From NCBI GenBank assembly GCA_049570475.1, contig CP186953.1:352001-416000 (forward strand): DNA of 64,000 nt, written 5' to 3'. A model generated the notes under the pieces. The model searched no databases, was not told the origin of the DNA, and was given only the letters and a program-made list of their open reading frames with translations. The position numbers and the translations under genes were made by a program. The stretch is from Candidatus Methanosuratincola verstraetei. Its GTDB lineage: Archaea > Thermoproteota > Methanomethylicia > Methanomethylicales > Methanomethylicaceae. Each line of letters opens with the position of its first letter. Positions within the stretch are counted from its first letter, which is position 1. This document shows, in pieces, positions 30,469-39,569 of this stretch.

Positions 30469-30825
30469 GCCTGTTCAACAGTGATCGATGCAAATCGGCA
30501 TTGACGCATATCTGGGCTCTGTTCTGATGTCATACTTCATCTTGCACATCCGTAATACCAGCATTCATCATAGCCCAATATCATATCTTGACTAGTTTTT
30601 TATAAATCTGACTGATTGGTCGCCGCAGGTCCTGATTAAGCGCAACTGCCTGGAAGGGCATCCCTCGTGGAATGCAGAGGCGAATGCCGGCGTAGGTGAT
30701 GGAAATTCATGATAGAGGTGGACCTTCAAGAAACGCTTATTAATAGCCTAAAAATACTCTGCACTGTAACCTTTATGGTTATAAAATAGTTAGCATCACA
30801 AAGGTGCGCAGAACAGGCAGGTGGA

Positions 30826-31902
30826 ATGGAAATGACGATTAAGGTCGCAATAATTGGGGTAGGCAACTGCGCCAGCGCATTGATCCAAGGCACCTATTAC
30901 TACAGGAATGCGAAAGATGACGACTTCGTGCCGGGGCTTCTACACGTCAATATGGGAGGGTACCACGTAAAGGACATTGAATTTGTTGCTGCTTTTGACG
31001 TGGACTCCAGGAAGGTCGGGAAAGACCTCTCCAAGGCAATATTCTCGGAACCGAACAACACAAGGAAGTTCGCAGATGTGCCCAACCTCGGCGTTGAGGT
31101 GAAGAGGGGTCCGGTTATGGACGGCCTTGGCAAATACCTCAAAGGGTATGTCAAGGTGGACGAAGACGCAAAACCCGTAGACGTTGCAGCTGAACTCAAG
31201 GACTCTGGTGCAGAAGTGGTGGTCAACTACCTCCCCGTCGGATCGGAGCAGGCTGTGAGATGGTATGCTGAGCAGGTGCTGAAGGCAGGGTGCGCATTCG
31301 TGAACTGCATGCCTGTGTTCATCGCCTCCGACGACTCATGGGCAAAGAAGTTTGAGGAGAAGGGGCTGCCTGTTGCCGGCGACGACGTGATGAGCCAGAT
31401 TGGGGCGACCGTGCTCCACAAGACGCTTGCAAAGCTGCTCGTGGACCGCGGGGTTAAAGTGACCGAGAGCTACCAGCTGAACATAGGCGGGGACACTGAT
31501 TTCTTGAACATGCTCGAAGAGGAGAGGCTGATCTCAAAAAGGATAAGCAAAACTTCGGCAGTGGCTGCGATGATACCCTATAAAATACCGCTTAGGATAG
31601 GGCCCTCGGATTATGTCCCATTCCTGGACAACAAGAAGATCTGCTACGTGTACATGAAAGGAGAGTACTTCGGCGGGACTCCGGTCCAGATAGATGTCAA
31701 GCTCGACGTTTGGGACGCGCCTAACAGCGGCGGGGTAGTGATAGATGTGATAAGGGCGGCTCGGATTGCGCTTGACAGGGGGGTCGCAGGGAGGCTCATA
31801 GGCCCCTCTGCATTCGCATTCAAGCACCCTCCGATCCAGATGCCATACGAAGTTGCCAAGCAGAGATTCGAAGAATTCATTGAAGGCAAGGCTGAGAGGT
31901 AG
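30826..31902 (+). CDS. ino1: myo-Inositol-1-phosphate synthase
   Basis: GVGNCAS, NYLPVGS, GDD, QLNIGGxTDF, DAPNSGG. Confidence 0.95.
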   Translation: MEMTIKVAIIGVGNCASALIQGTYYYRNAKDDDFVPGLLHVNMGGYHVKDIEFVAAFDVDSRKVGKDLSKAIFSEPNNTRKFADVPNLGVEVKRGPVMDGLGKYLKGYVKVDEDAKPVDVAAELKDSGAEVVVNYLPVGSEQAVRWYAEQVLKAGCAFVNCMPVFIASDDSWAKKFEEKGLPVAGDDVMSQIGATVLHKTLAKLLVDRGVKVTESYQLNIGGDTDFLNMLEEERLISKRISKTSAVAAMIPYKIPLRIGPSDYVPFLDNKKICYVYMKGEYFGGTPVQIDVKLDVWDAPNSGGVVIDVIRAARIALDRGVAGRLIGPSAFAFKHPPIQMPYEVAKQRFEEFIEGKAER

Positions 31903-32013
31903 AAAGGCGCCTCAAACCCTACTTGGGCGCTTCCCCGAAGGGTCGCACGGGGGATGCCGCAGGGTGCACAGCACGCTGCGCCTCCCAACTTCTTTCTCCA
32001 TAGATCGCGCAAA

Positions 32014-32781
32014 TCAGAACCAGATAACTGATCTTGCGTTCGAATAGGTAACCAGCTGGATGTCCCTGCCCCCTATCCCAGATCTGTCTAGGTACTTAGC
32101 CGTCCTCAGGACCGCTAGCGGGTCGGACGGTTCGCACCCTAGTCCGCTGTTGACGATTATACCCTCTGGACCATGCTTCTCGACAATTTCTTTAACGTCA
32201 CACGGGGTAAGCTTTCCCTGCTGCACCGTGAGACCGGCATTGAAGCCGAGCTCCCTTACCCTTGGCACAAGCTGCGGGGTCAAGTGGTCCACAACCACAC
32301 GCGTTGGCTCAGGGCACTCTTCCTTTAGGATTTGCAGGAGCTTCTCAACTATGGCTTCCTTGTTCTTCTGGGGCGTGTATACTATCACCGGGCGGTCGTA
32401 CTCGTTGGCTATTCGGAGCTGCTTGACCAAGATGTCCACTTCATCCTCGCTTCCCGTCTCTAGACCGACCTCACCGAGAGCGTTTGCCAAGGAGTTGTCA
32501 AAAATGGCCAGTACACGCTCGATCGCGAGGTCGAGCTCGTACTTAGGGATGAACTTCGGGTGTATCCCCATTGCCAGCCTGAAGTCAATGCCGTAGGAGG
32601 CTAACCTGGCAGCCTCCTCCTCAGCCAGGAACTTGAAGAAGTCGAAGACCGTCGATGCTCCAGTCGGCTGAACTGGGAAATAGGAGCAAAGGACCACGCC
32701 TTCGACCCCAGAGACGGACATCAGCTCAAGATCCTCTGGACCTCGGAAATATGTGTGGGTGTGGGAATCGATGCACTTCAT
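32014..32781 (-). CDS. TatD-family metallohydrolase
   Basis: DSHTH, GIHP, GEVGL, VVDH. Confidence 0.85.
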   Translation of the reverse strand: MKCIDSHTHTYFRGPEDLELMSVSGVEGVVLCSYFPVQPTGASTVFDFFKFLAEEEAARLASYGIDFRLAMGIHPKFIPKYELDLAIERVLAIFDNSLANALGEVGLETGSEDEVDILVKQLRIANEYDRPVIVYTPQKNKEAIVEKLLQILKEECPEPTRVVVDHLTPQLVPRVRELGFNAGLTVQQGKLTPCDVKEIVEKHGPEGIIVNSGLGCEPSDPLAVLRTAKYLDRSGIGGRDIQLVTYSNARSVIWF

Positions 32782-32831
32782 GCCAAAACACCTAGCTACA
32801 GAAGACGCTGCATACTAAAGAGTTTTCTGGA

Positions 32832-34511
32832 TCACAAGTATGCATCAGTCACGTAGCGGCGCATCATCCGGTGGCTGTTGAAGTATGATGCGAGGATGCC
32901 TATCGAGTTCTGCATCATGTCCGCCCACGCGTCTACCCTGTCGTAGTAGGTGGGGCATATGATGTAGTTCAACTTGTTGTAGAGATCCTCCTTTTCTTGG
33001 AGCCTCCTCTCATCTGGATCGACGTTCTCGTGCGGATGCGGCCCTATCGACCAACCTGTGACGTCTTCTATCCACCCTTCCACCCACCAGCCATCCAACA
33101 CGCTGAAGTTTAGAACCCCATTGTGGGCAGCCTTCATCCCGCTCGTCCCCGAGGCCTCCATAGGTGGCTGGGGAGTGTTCAGCCATACATCGACGCCGGA
33201 GACCATGAGCTTGGAGAGCGCTAGGTCGTAGTTCTCTAGGTAGACCATCTTTATGTCGTCCTTGAGCTCTTTCATATTTTGGAATATCTGCTTAATAATC
33301 AGCTTGCCAGTTTCGTCCTTTGGGTGGGACTTGCCCGCGAAGATAATCTGGAGGCCCCAGCGGCGTGCAATCTTCTTGAGGCGATCAACATCGGAGAAGA
33401 TCAGATTCGGTCGCTTGTATCCTGTGGCCCTCCTTGCAAACCCTATTGTGAGGACACGCGGATCCATCTGAATTCCGGTCATTGTTCTCACGCAGGTCAA
33501 GAGATCCTCTTTTGCTTCCCTGTGTGCCTCGAGTATCTCTTTGTCAGGGATTATCCCTACCCTAGTCAGCAGGCTTGGTTCGTCCGCCCAGCCTGGGAGG
33601 TACCTGTCATAAAGCCTCTTGAAATGCTCACATGTCCAAGTGAAGGAATGGACGCCGTTGGTTATTGCATGGACTTTGTAGCCCGGGAATAGGCTTGTCG
33701 AGTACTCCCCATATCTCTTGGACACCCCGTTGATGTAATCGCTAAGGTTCAGCGCCAGCATGGTCATGTTCAGCCTGTCAGCCCCTCCATACTGCCTTAT
33801 CAGGTCCTTAGGGACTAGATCCCCCAAGATGCGGTTGACCATATTGTGGTCGAACTTGTCAAAAGCCGCCTCAACCGGGGTATGGGTGGTAAAGATGCAC
33901 ATGCGCTTAACCCTCTGTGCATCAAGCTGGTTCTCCCTGAGCAGCTCGAGCGACAGCAGTGCAGAATGCCCCTCGTTCATGTGGTAGCGCCTTATTCTGA
34001 AGCCGAGTGCATTCAACACCCGGACGCCGCCTACTCCCAGCACGATCTCTTGTTTAAGCCGGTACTCCAAGTCCCCACCGTAGAGATAATGGGTTATTTC
34101 CCTGTCGCTGGGATGGTTTTCCTTCAGATCCGTGTCCAAGAGCAGTACTGGTACGCTTCCCCCTTTGGGGCTAGTGACCAGGTATTGATAGGCCCTAACC
34201 TGCACATCCCTGTCCTCGATCTTAACGGTCACCCTTACAGGAAGCTCCTCAGCCCGTTTTGAAGGGTCCCAGTCCGACGGTAATTCAGTCTGCTCCCCCT
34301 TCGCGCTGAGCTTTTGGGTGAAGTAGCCTTTGCGGCTGACCAGCGATACGGCGACGAGAGGCACTTTCAGGTCAGCAGCAGACCTTACGGTGTCGCCGGC
34401 AAGCACCCCGAGCCCCCCTGCATAGGTAGGTATGTCGCTTTCAAGGGCGATCTCCATGGAGAAGTAAGCGATGCCGGTTCTGTTTCTATCGAAGCTGTTG
34501 ACGAGCGTCAT
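32832..34511 (-). CDS. glgP: Alpha-glucan phosphorylase
   Basis: YFSME, GGLGVLAGD, HMNEGH, NGVH, ARR, EASGTSGMK. Confidence 0.95.
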   Translation of the reverse strand: MTLVNSFDRNRTGIAYFSMEIALESDIPTYAGGLGVLAGDTVRSAADLKVPLVAVSLVSRKGYFTQKLSAKGEQTELPSDWDPSKRAEELPVRVTVKIEDRDVQVRAYQYLVTSPKGGSVPVLLLDTDLKENHPSDREITHYLYGGDLEYRLKQEIVLGVGGVRVLNALGFRIRRYHMNEGHSALLSLELLRENQLDAQRVKRMCIFTTHTPVEAAFDKFDHNMVNRILGDLVPKDLIRQYGGADRLNMTMLALNLSDYINGVSKRYGEYSTSLFPGYKVHAITNGVHSFTWTCEHFKRLYDRYLPGWADEPSLLTRVGIIPDKEILEAHREAKEDLLTCVRTMTGIQMDPRVLTIGFARRATGYKRPNLIFSDVDRLKKIARRWGLQIIFAGKSHPKDETGKLIIKQIFQNMKELKDDIKMVYLENYDLALSKLMVSGVDVWLNTPQPPMEASGTSGMKAAHNGVLNFSVLDGWWVEGWIEDVTGWSIGPHPHENVDPDERRLQEKEDLYNKLNYIICPTYYDRVDAWADMMQNSIGILASYFNSHRMMRRYVTDAYL

Positions 34512-34684
34512 TGCATCACCATTCCAGGCCCCAAAGATAATCCAGGCAGATCACTGTGTTCACAAAAAGAGTGAATCCATACAACATATTAAGGTTTCTA
34601 GCCCGCCAAGCAGAAGACATCCGCCTGCCTTGGAGGGCGCGGGAATTGCGCCCTGTTGATAGCCAAGTCAAAAAAAGGTGCTGG

Positions 34685-35101
34685 TTAGAGATATTTCTTT
34701 ATCATCTCTTCAAGGTTTGCCTCGCTGGTCGCGCCTACCATCCTGTGGATCTCTTTCCCATTCTTGAAGAAGACGAAAGTCGGGATCCCATAGATGCCCA
34801 GCCTTCCTGGAACTATCGGGTTCTCATCGACATTCATCCTGCCAAACACGGCCTTCCCAGCGTACTTCCTGGCGAGCTTCTCGAAGATCGGTACCATGTA
34901 CATGCAAGGACCACACCATGTGGCCCAGAAGTCAATCACCACCAGGGAGTTCGCATTTGTTATTATGCTCTCAAAGTTCCCGTCAGTCACCGTAATTTCT
35001 TTTTCCGTTGACAATTCTTTTTCATCCTCCTTCTTTGAAGTGATCTCTTGCAGTTTCCTCTCTTTTATCTTTCTGAGTTCCTCGTCCCAGTCAAAGCCCA
35101 T
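34685..35101 (-). CDS. trxA: Thioredoxin
   Basis: DFWATWCGPC, GIPT. Confidence 0.94.
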   Translation of the reverse strand: MGFDWDEELRKIKERKLQEITSKKEDEKELSTEKEITVTDGNFESIITNANSLVVIDFWATWCGPCMYMVPIFEKLARKYAGKAVFGRMNVDENPIVPGRLGIYGIPTFVFFKNGKEIHRMVGATSEANLEEMIKKYL

Positions 35102-35304
35102 GAAACCACCTTTAAAGTTTCTTGTTCCACATTATATGTGCTTTTTGGGTGTTCGCGGCAAGCCTCTGAAAGGCGAACCCATTTGCCCACGGCTAAGTGT
35201 TGGGTCGCACCCGTGGCGTTTTTAGAATGCATGGACTGGACTGCCCCATATGCTGGACGCCCCACCGAATATTTGGGGATATGCCAGAATATTGGGACGC
35301 AAGG

Positions 35305-36216
35305 TCAAATCCTTTTGAGTATATCATCTTTGAGGTTGATGCAGCCTATCAGAGCTAGAAGCACCCGGATGTCATCAGTGTTTATCAAGGCAGGAGCCTT
35401 CTCCCTCACCACCAGCTTGGCCTTGAATCCGACGCCAAGACCAACACTCTCTATCATGAACAGGTCATTCGCGCCGTCCCCAACTGCAACACAAGACTCT
35501 AGCCCAACGCCAAGTTCCTGAGCTATCTTCCTGATCGCACCCAGCTTTGCCTCGGGCCCGGTCATCTCGCCCTCGACCTCGCCCGTCAAGACCCCTTCCT
35601 TGCTGAGCAGCCTGTTGCTGAAGACATAGTCTGCCCCGATCATGCGCCCCACATGCTCAGCCACAAAATCGAATCCCCCAGTCACTATACCGACTACGAA
35701 ACCGCTCGATTTGAGTTGCCTTATCAGGTCTACAACGCCTGGCGTAATCACTATTGAGTCTTTTATCTCATCAAGCTTCGACACTGGGAGGCCGCGAAGC
35801 AGGCTGACCCGCTCCTTTAGGGCCTCGAGGAAGTTCATCTTCCCCTCCATGGCAAGCTTGGTAATCCGCTTGACCTCATCTCCAACGCCAGCAGCCTTTG
35901 CCAGCTCTTCAATCACTTCTTGGTCGATCAGAGTTCCGTCCAGGTCGAACACAATCACTTTCTTTCCACATTTGTAGCTCTCGCAGTTCTCGGCTGCCAG
36001 GGCGAGGCCTATCCCATCGCAGCTCCTCTTCAGTATGTTTATCAGCTCTGCTTTACCAATTGTAGCATAGCGCGTCTCTACGACCATCACCATGGCGAAA
36101 AGGTCGTTGAATACTGTCGCGGCCCTTGTCTTCAAAATATTTGCATGGAACCGTGCCAGAACCCCAGACACGGCAGCGACAATCCCGGGTCTGTCTTTCC
36201 CCACCACAGTCAGCAC
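35305..36216 (-). CDS. serB: Phosphoserine phosphatase with ACT domain
   Basis: ACT GKDRPGIV; HAD FDLDGTL, TGGF, GDGAND. Confidence 0.92.
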   Translation of the reverse strand: MLTVVGKDRPGIVAAVSGVLARFHANILKTRAATVFNDLFAMVMVVETRYATIGKAELINILKRSCDGIGLALAAENCESYKCGKKVIVFDLDGTLIDQEVIEELAKAAGVGDEVKRITKLAMEGKMNFLEALKERVSLLRGLPVSKLDEIKDSIVITPGVVDLIRQLKSSGFVVGIVTGGFDFVAEHVGRMIGADYVFSNRLLSKEGVLTGEVEGEMTGPEAKLGAIRKIAQELGVGLESCVAVGDGANDLFMIESVGLGVGFKAKLVVREKAPALINTDDIRVLLALIGCINLKDDILKRI

Positions 36217-36220
36217 TATC

Positions 36221-36481
36221 TTACTTTGATCCAGCGTAATAGAATGTCACCTCTAGCCCCAATTCGCTGCACCTGTGGGAAAGCTTTCTCCGCATCTCTT
36301 CAAGCGCACCTATATTCATTGAGATGTTTATCAGGAGCGCCAGGATAAAGATCTCTTTCATCACTACCTGATCCATTTCTTCGATGTTGTAGCCGAAGTC
36401 AGCTATCACAGAAGTTATCTCGGAGATGAGCCCAGGTCTATCAGGCCCCACCGCGATTGCGACCAAGTATTTGTTGTCCAT
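36221..36481 (-). CDS. Stand-alone ACT-domain protein
   Basis: GPDRPGLI..NI motif. Confidence 0.85.
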   Translation of the reverse strand: MDNKYLVAIAVGPDRPGLISEITSVIADFGYNIEEMDQVVMKEIFILALLINISMNIGALEEMRRKLSHRCSELGLEVTFYYAGSK

Positions 36482-36584
36482 AGGCTACACCAGAGGGAAC
36501 ATTGGTTGAATGCAGAGAAAATCTATTTAACTTTTTGCGGGATAAGCTTGAGAGATCGATAATTTAAGAGCTGGAGGGCGAAAA

Positions 36585-37232
36585 TTGTCTGATGATCTTC
36601 TCAAGAGGCTTAAAGATGCCTTAATCAGCCAAGACTCGAGGATGGCTCTTGAGGCAACAAAGCAGCTCTTGAACAATGGCGAAGATCCGGTCAAGATTGC
36701 AGATCTGATAGCAGAGGGGTTGAAAGAGGTTGGGGATCTCTTTGAGGCACAGGAGCTCTTCTTGCCGGAGGTGATGAGGGCGGCAAATGCCGCAAAATTA
36801 TCGCTGAATTTGGTCATACCAGCCATTCAGAGGCGAGGCGGCATATCCAGGGCAGGGAAGGGGAGGATCGCAATCGGGTCGCTTGGCCCGCATGACATCG
36901 GTAAGACGCTTGTTGCTGCAATGCTTGTCTCGGATGGCTTTGACGTGCTGGATCTCGGGACTATGCTAACGCCCGACAAGGTCCTGAGCGCCGCGAACAG
37001 CGTACAGATCGTAGGACTCTCGGTACTGCTCACTTCTGACGTGAGAAAGGCAGCTGAAATCATAAAGAAGGTTAAGGCAAACAACCCTTCATTAAAGTTC
37101 ATGGTCGGAGGGGCAGCCATGAGTGAAAAGCTCGCGATAGAAATAGGTGCAGATGCCTACGGGGCTGACGCAAAGGAAGCGGTCAGGATAGCGAGGGAGA
37201 TGATCGGGGGGGAGAAACCATCAGGAAAATGA
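36585..37232 (+). CDS. Cobalamin-binding corrinoid protein (MtaC-like)
   Basis: Cap domain FLPE, HDIGK, GLSVL, VGG, GADAY. Confidence 0.9.
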   Translation: MSDDLLKRLKDALISQDSRMALEATKQLLNNGEDPVKIADLIAEGLKEVGDLFEAQELFLPEVMRAANAAKLSLNLVIPAIQRRGGISRAGKGRIAIGSLGPHDIGKTLVAAMLVSDGFDVLDLGTMLTPDKVLSAANSVQIVGLSVLLTSDVRKAAEIIKKVKANNPSLKFMVGGAAMSEKLAIEIGADAYGADAKEAVRIAREMIGGEKPSGK

Positions 37233-38119
37233 AGACGACCGTGATTGGCAGCCACCCTGTGTCGGGATCAGGGCTGGAAGCCCTCGAGAATGCGGTCAGG
37301 GATCAGATCGAGGCAGGGATCGAAATCATAAGCGACGGGCAGACGAGGAAGGACATGGTCGCATACTTCGCTGACCATATACCAGGATTCGAGATCAACG
37401 ACGGAAGGGCCATGATAACAGGGAAGGTCTGCCCGCCAGAGGATACCCCTCTGGTGCAGGACCTGATGCATGCAAAAAGGATAGCCTCGGGAGCTTGCGA
37501 GGTCAAAGCCATAATAACAGGCCCTGTTACCATGGCCTTCTTCTCTGAGCTCGCTCCTAGCGCGCCATACAGCGGTTTCCGCGACGAAAAGCTGTACACC
37601 GACATCGGGGAGGCGTTAGCAGTCGAGGCCGAGATCATAAGCAAGCACGGCTTCACCACATTCCAGTTTGATGAGCCCAGCTTCTCAATAGGAGCCCCCA
37701 TGGATCTTGCTAAGAAAGCGCTTGAGGCGGTCACTGCCAATGTCAAGGGCGTAAAGGCACTACACGTCTGCGGCAACCTGAAGAGGTCCTTCAGGGAGAT
37801 CGTGGGGATCGAAGGGTTGGACATACTCAGCTTCGCCTTCAAGGACAACCCAGGAAACTTCGATATAGTTGACCGGAAAGCGATGGTGGATCATGGCAAG
37901 AAGCTCGGTGCCGGATGCGTCAGCTCCATGGAGAACAAGATCGAGGAAAAGGGTGCAATCAGGCAGCTGCTGGAAAGGCTTTTCGCAGCCTACGAACCTG
38001 AAAACATAGCATGGATACACCCAGACTGCGGATTGAGGGCTCTCGACAGGGCGGTTGCAGTTGGGAAGCTGAGGGAGATGGTCAGGGCAGTCAGGGAGGC
38101 GGAGGCAGAGGCAAAATGA
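37229..38119 (+). CDS. Core (single-barrel) MetE-like methionine synthase
   Basis: TTVIGS, SDGQ, ITGPVT, QFDEP, HVC, PDCGL. Confidence 0.85.
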   Translation: MKTTVIGSHPVSGSGLEALENAVRDQIEAGIEIISDGQTRKDMVAYFADHIPGFEINDGRAMITGKVCPPEDTPLVQDLMHAKRIASGACEVKAIITGPVTMAFFSELAPSAPYSGFRDEKLYTDIGEALAVEAEIISKHGFTTFQFDEPSFSIGAPMDLAKKALEAVTANVKGVKALHVCGNLKRSFREIVGIEGLDILSFAFKDNPGNFDIVDRKAMVDHGKKLGAGCVSSMENKIEEKGAIRQLLERLFAAYEPENIAWIHPDCGLRALDRAVAVGKLREMVRAVREAEAEAK

Positions 38120-39006
38120 GGGCGCCGCCATATGTGCTCGGGAATGCCAGATTCGGGGCCGTAGGAAAGCCAGTCCTTGTAGGGAGCCTCTTCTATAGAG
38201 GCGACAAGAAGGTCTCAGACCACCGAACCGGCGAGGTCGATACAAAGAGGGTCAAAAGCGAACTGGAGACAGCAGAAAGGGTTGCAAGGCGCGTGGGATT
38301 GCCGCATGCCGTCGATGTGATTGCAGAGACCCCCGAGGCGATGTGCAAGTACATCGGCTTGCTCGCGGATCTGACCGAAAGCCCGCTTCTGATAGGAGGA
38401 CTAAATGAGGAGTCCCGGGTTGCCGGGTACAGGAAAGCTCTCGAAATCGGAATAAGCTCGAGATGCGGCGTGAACTCCGTGTCGACATGCACAGCCGAGA
38501 CGGAGCTTGCCGAGCTTGGCGCCAACAAGATAAGGTTTGCAATAATACAGACCCTCGACCCTTCTGCAGTCTACCCCGAAGAAAAGCTTGCGCTGCTCAG
38601 AGACGTGCTCCTTGGAAGGTGTGAATCTGCAGGTATCGAAGGCGCTGCCGTCGACGTAGGCATAATCGACTTCACCAGCACGCACCTCGCAGTCGAGTCT
38701 ATGAAACTGATTAGGAAGGAGCTGGGCCTTCCGTGCGGGTGCGCACCGTCGAATGCAGCCTACCAGACACTACTCAAGAAGAAGGTTTCTAGAAAGAGCG
38801 CAAGGGCCATCAACTCAGCCCTAAACACAATCGTGCAGCTAGGAGGCGCAGATTTCATAATCTACGGTCCACTCAAGGCATCAACATACATATTCGAGGC
38901 AGTGGCAGTAGTCGAGGCGATTAAAGCTTATGGAGCCAGGCTTTCTGGAGATAGATCGGTAGACAAAGACCACCCACTCTTCAAGTTCCTGCCCAAGCTC
39001 GGCTGA
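38116..39006 (+). CDS. mtrH: MtrH-like methyl-pterin:corrinoid methyltransferase
   Basis: LVGSLFY, G.P.GCAPSN, GADFIIYGP; ATG overlaps upstream stop. Confidence 0.8.
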   Translation: MRAPPYVLGNARFGAVGKPVLVGSLFYRGDKKVSDHRTGEVDTKRVKSELETAERVARRVGLPHAVDVIAETPEAMCKYIGLLADLTESPLLIGGLNEESRVAGYRKALEIGISSRCGVNSVSTCTAETELAELGANKIRFAIIQTLDPSAVYPEEKLALLRDVLLGRCESAGIEGAAVDVGIIDFTSTHLAVESMKLIRKELGLPCGCAPSNAAYQTLLKKKVSRKSARAINSALNTIVQLGGADFIIYGPLKASTYIFEAVAVVEAIKAYGARLSGDRSVDKDHPLFKFLPKLG

Positions 39007-39069
39007 CCGCCGATCTAGAGAAGCATAAATAGAGCGTAAGACCGATTATCAGACAGGAGTGAGCTGAAA

Positions 39070-39300
39070 ATGCCTCTCGCATGTGTACTCGTCCACTGCA
39101 AGCCAGGCAAGGATCCTTATGCCCTGGAGAAGATAAAGGAGATGAAGGATGTGAAGAGGGCTTTCGAAACGCTTGGCGCTTTTGATATTGTCGCCGAGTT
39201 TGAGTTCAAGAGCCTCGAAAAGCTCGGGGTCGCAGTTTATGAGATAGCCAAGATAGATGGCGTTGTATCGACCGAGACGCTGATCGAAACGCTCCTGTGA
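39070..39300 (+). CDS. Stand-alone Lrp/AsnC ligand-binding domain protein
   Basis: GAFDIV, IDGVVSTETL. Confidence 0.85.
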   Translation: MPLACVLVHCKPGKDPYALEKIKEMKDVKRAFETLGAFDIVAEFEFKSLEKLGVAVYEIAKIDGVVSTETLIETLL

Positions 39301-39310
39301 GGTTGTTGAG

Positions 39311-39535
39311 ATGATCCAAGTGTGCATACTGATGAACGCAGAGAAAGTCTCGATACTGGACGTGGTGAAGAAGCTGGAGAAGATACCAGGTGTGGTTGAA
39401 ACTTTCCCTACTTTCGGTAGGTTCGACATAGTCGCGTTCTGCGAGGTGGAGAAGAGGGAAGACATCACCCCTCTCATCAGGAAGATAAACGCGATCGAGG
39501 GAGTTTACAAGACCGAATCGCTGATTGAGCTTTGA
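39311..39535 (+). CDS. Stand-alone Lrp/AsnC ligand-binding domain protein
   Basis: FGRFDIV, IEGVYKTESL. Confidence 0.85.
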   Translation: MIQVCILMNAEKVSILDVVKKLEKIPGVVETFPTFGRFDIVAFCEVEKREDITPLIRKINAIEGVYKTESLIEL

Positions 39536-39569
39536 ATTTGGAGCCTTTTCCTTTTTTTGGTGTCTTGGG

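Noticed and set aside
34601-34638. GC-rich imperfect hairpin between trxA and glgP
   Set aside because: Single short hairpin with no further support
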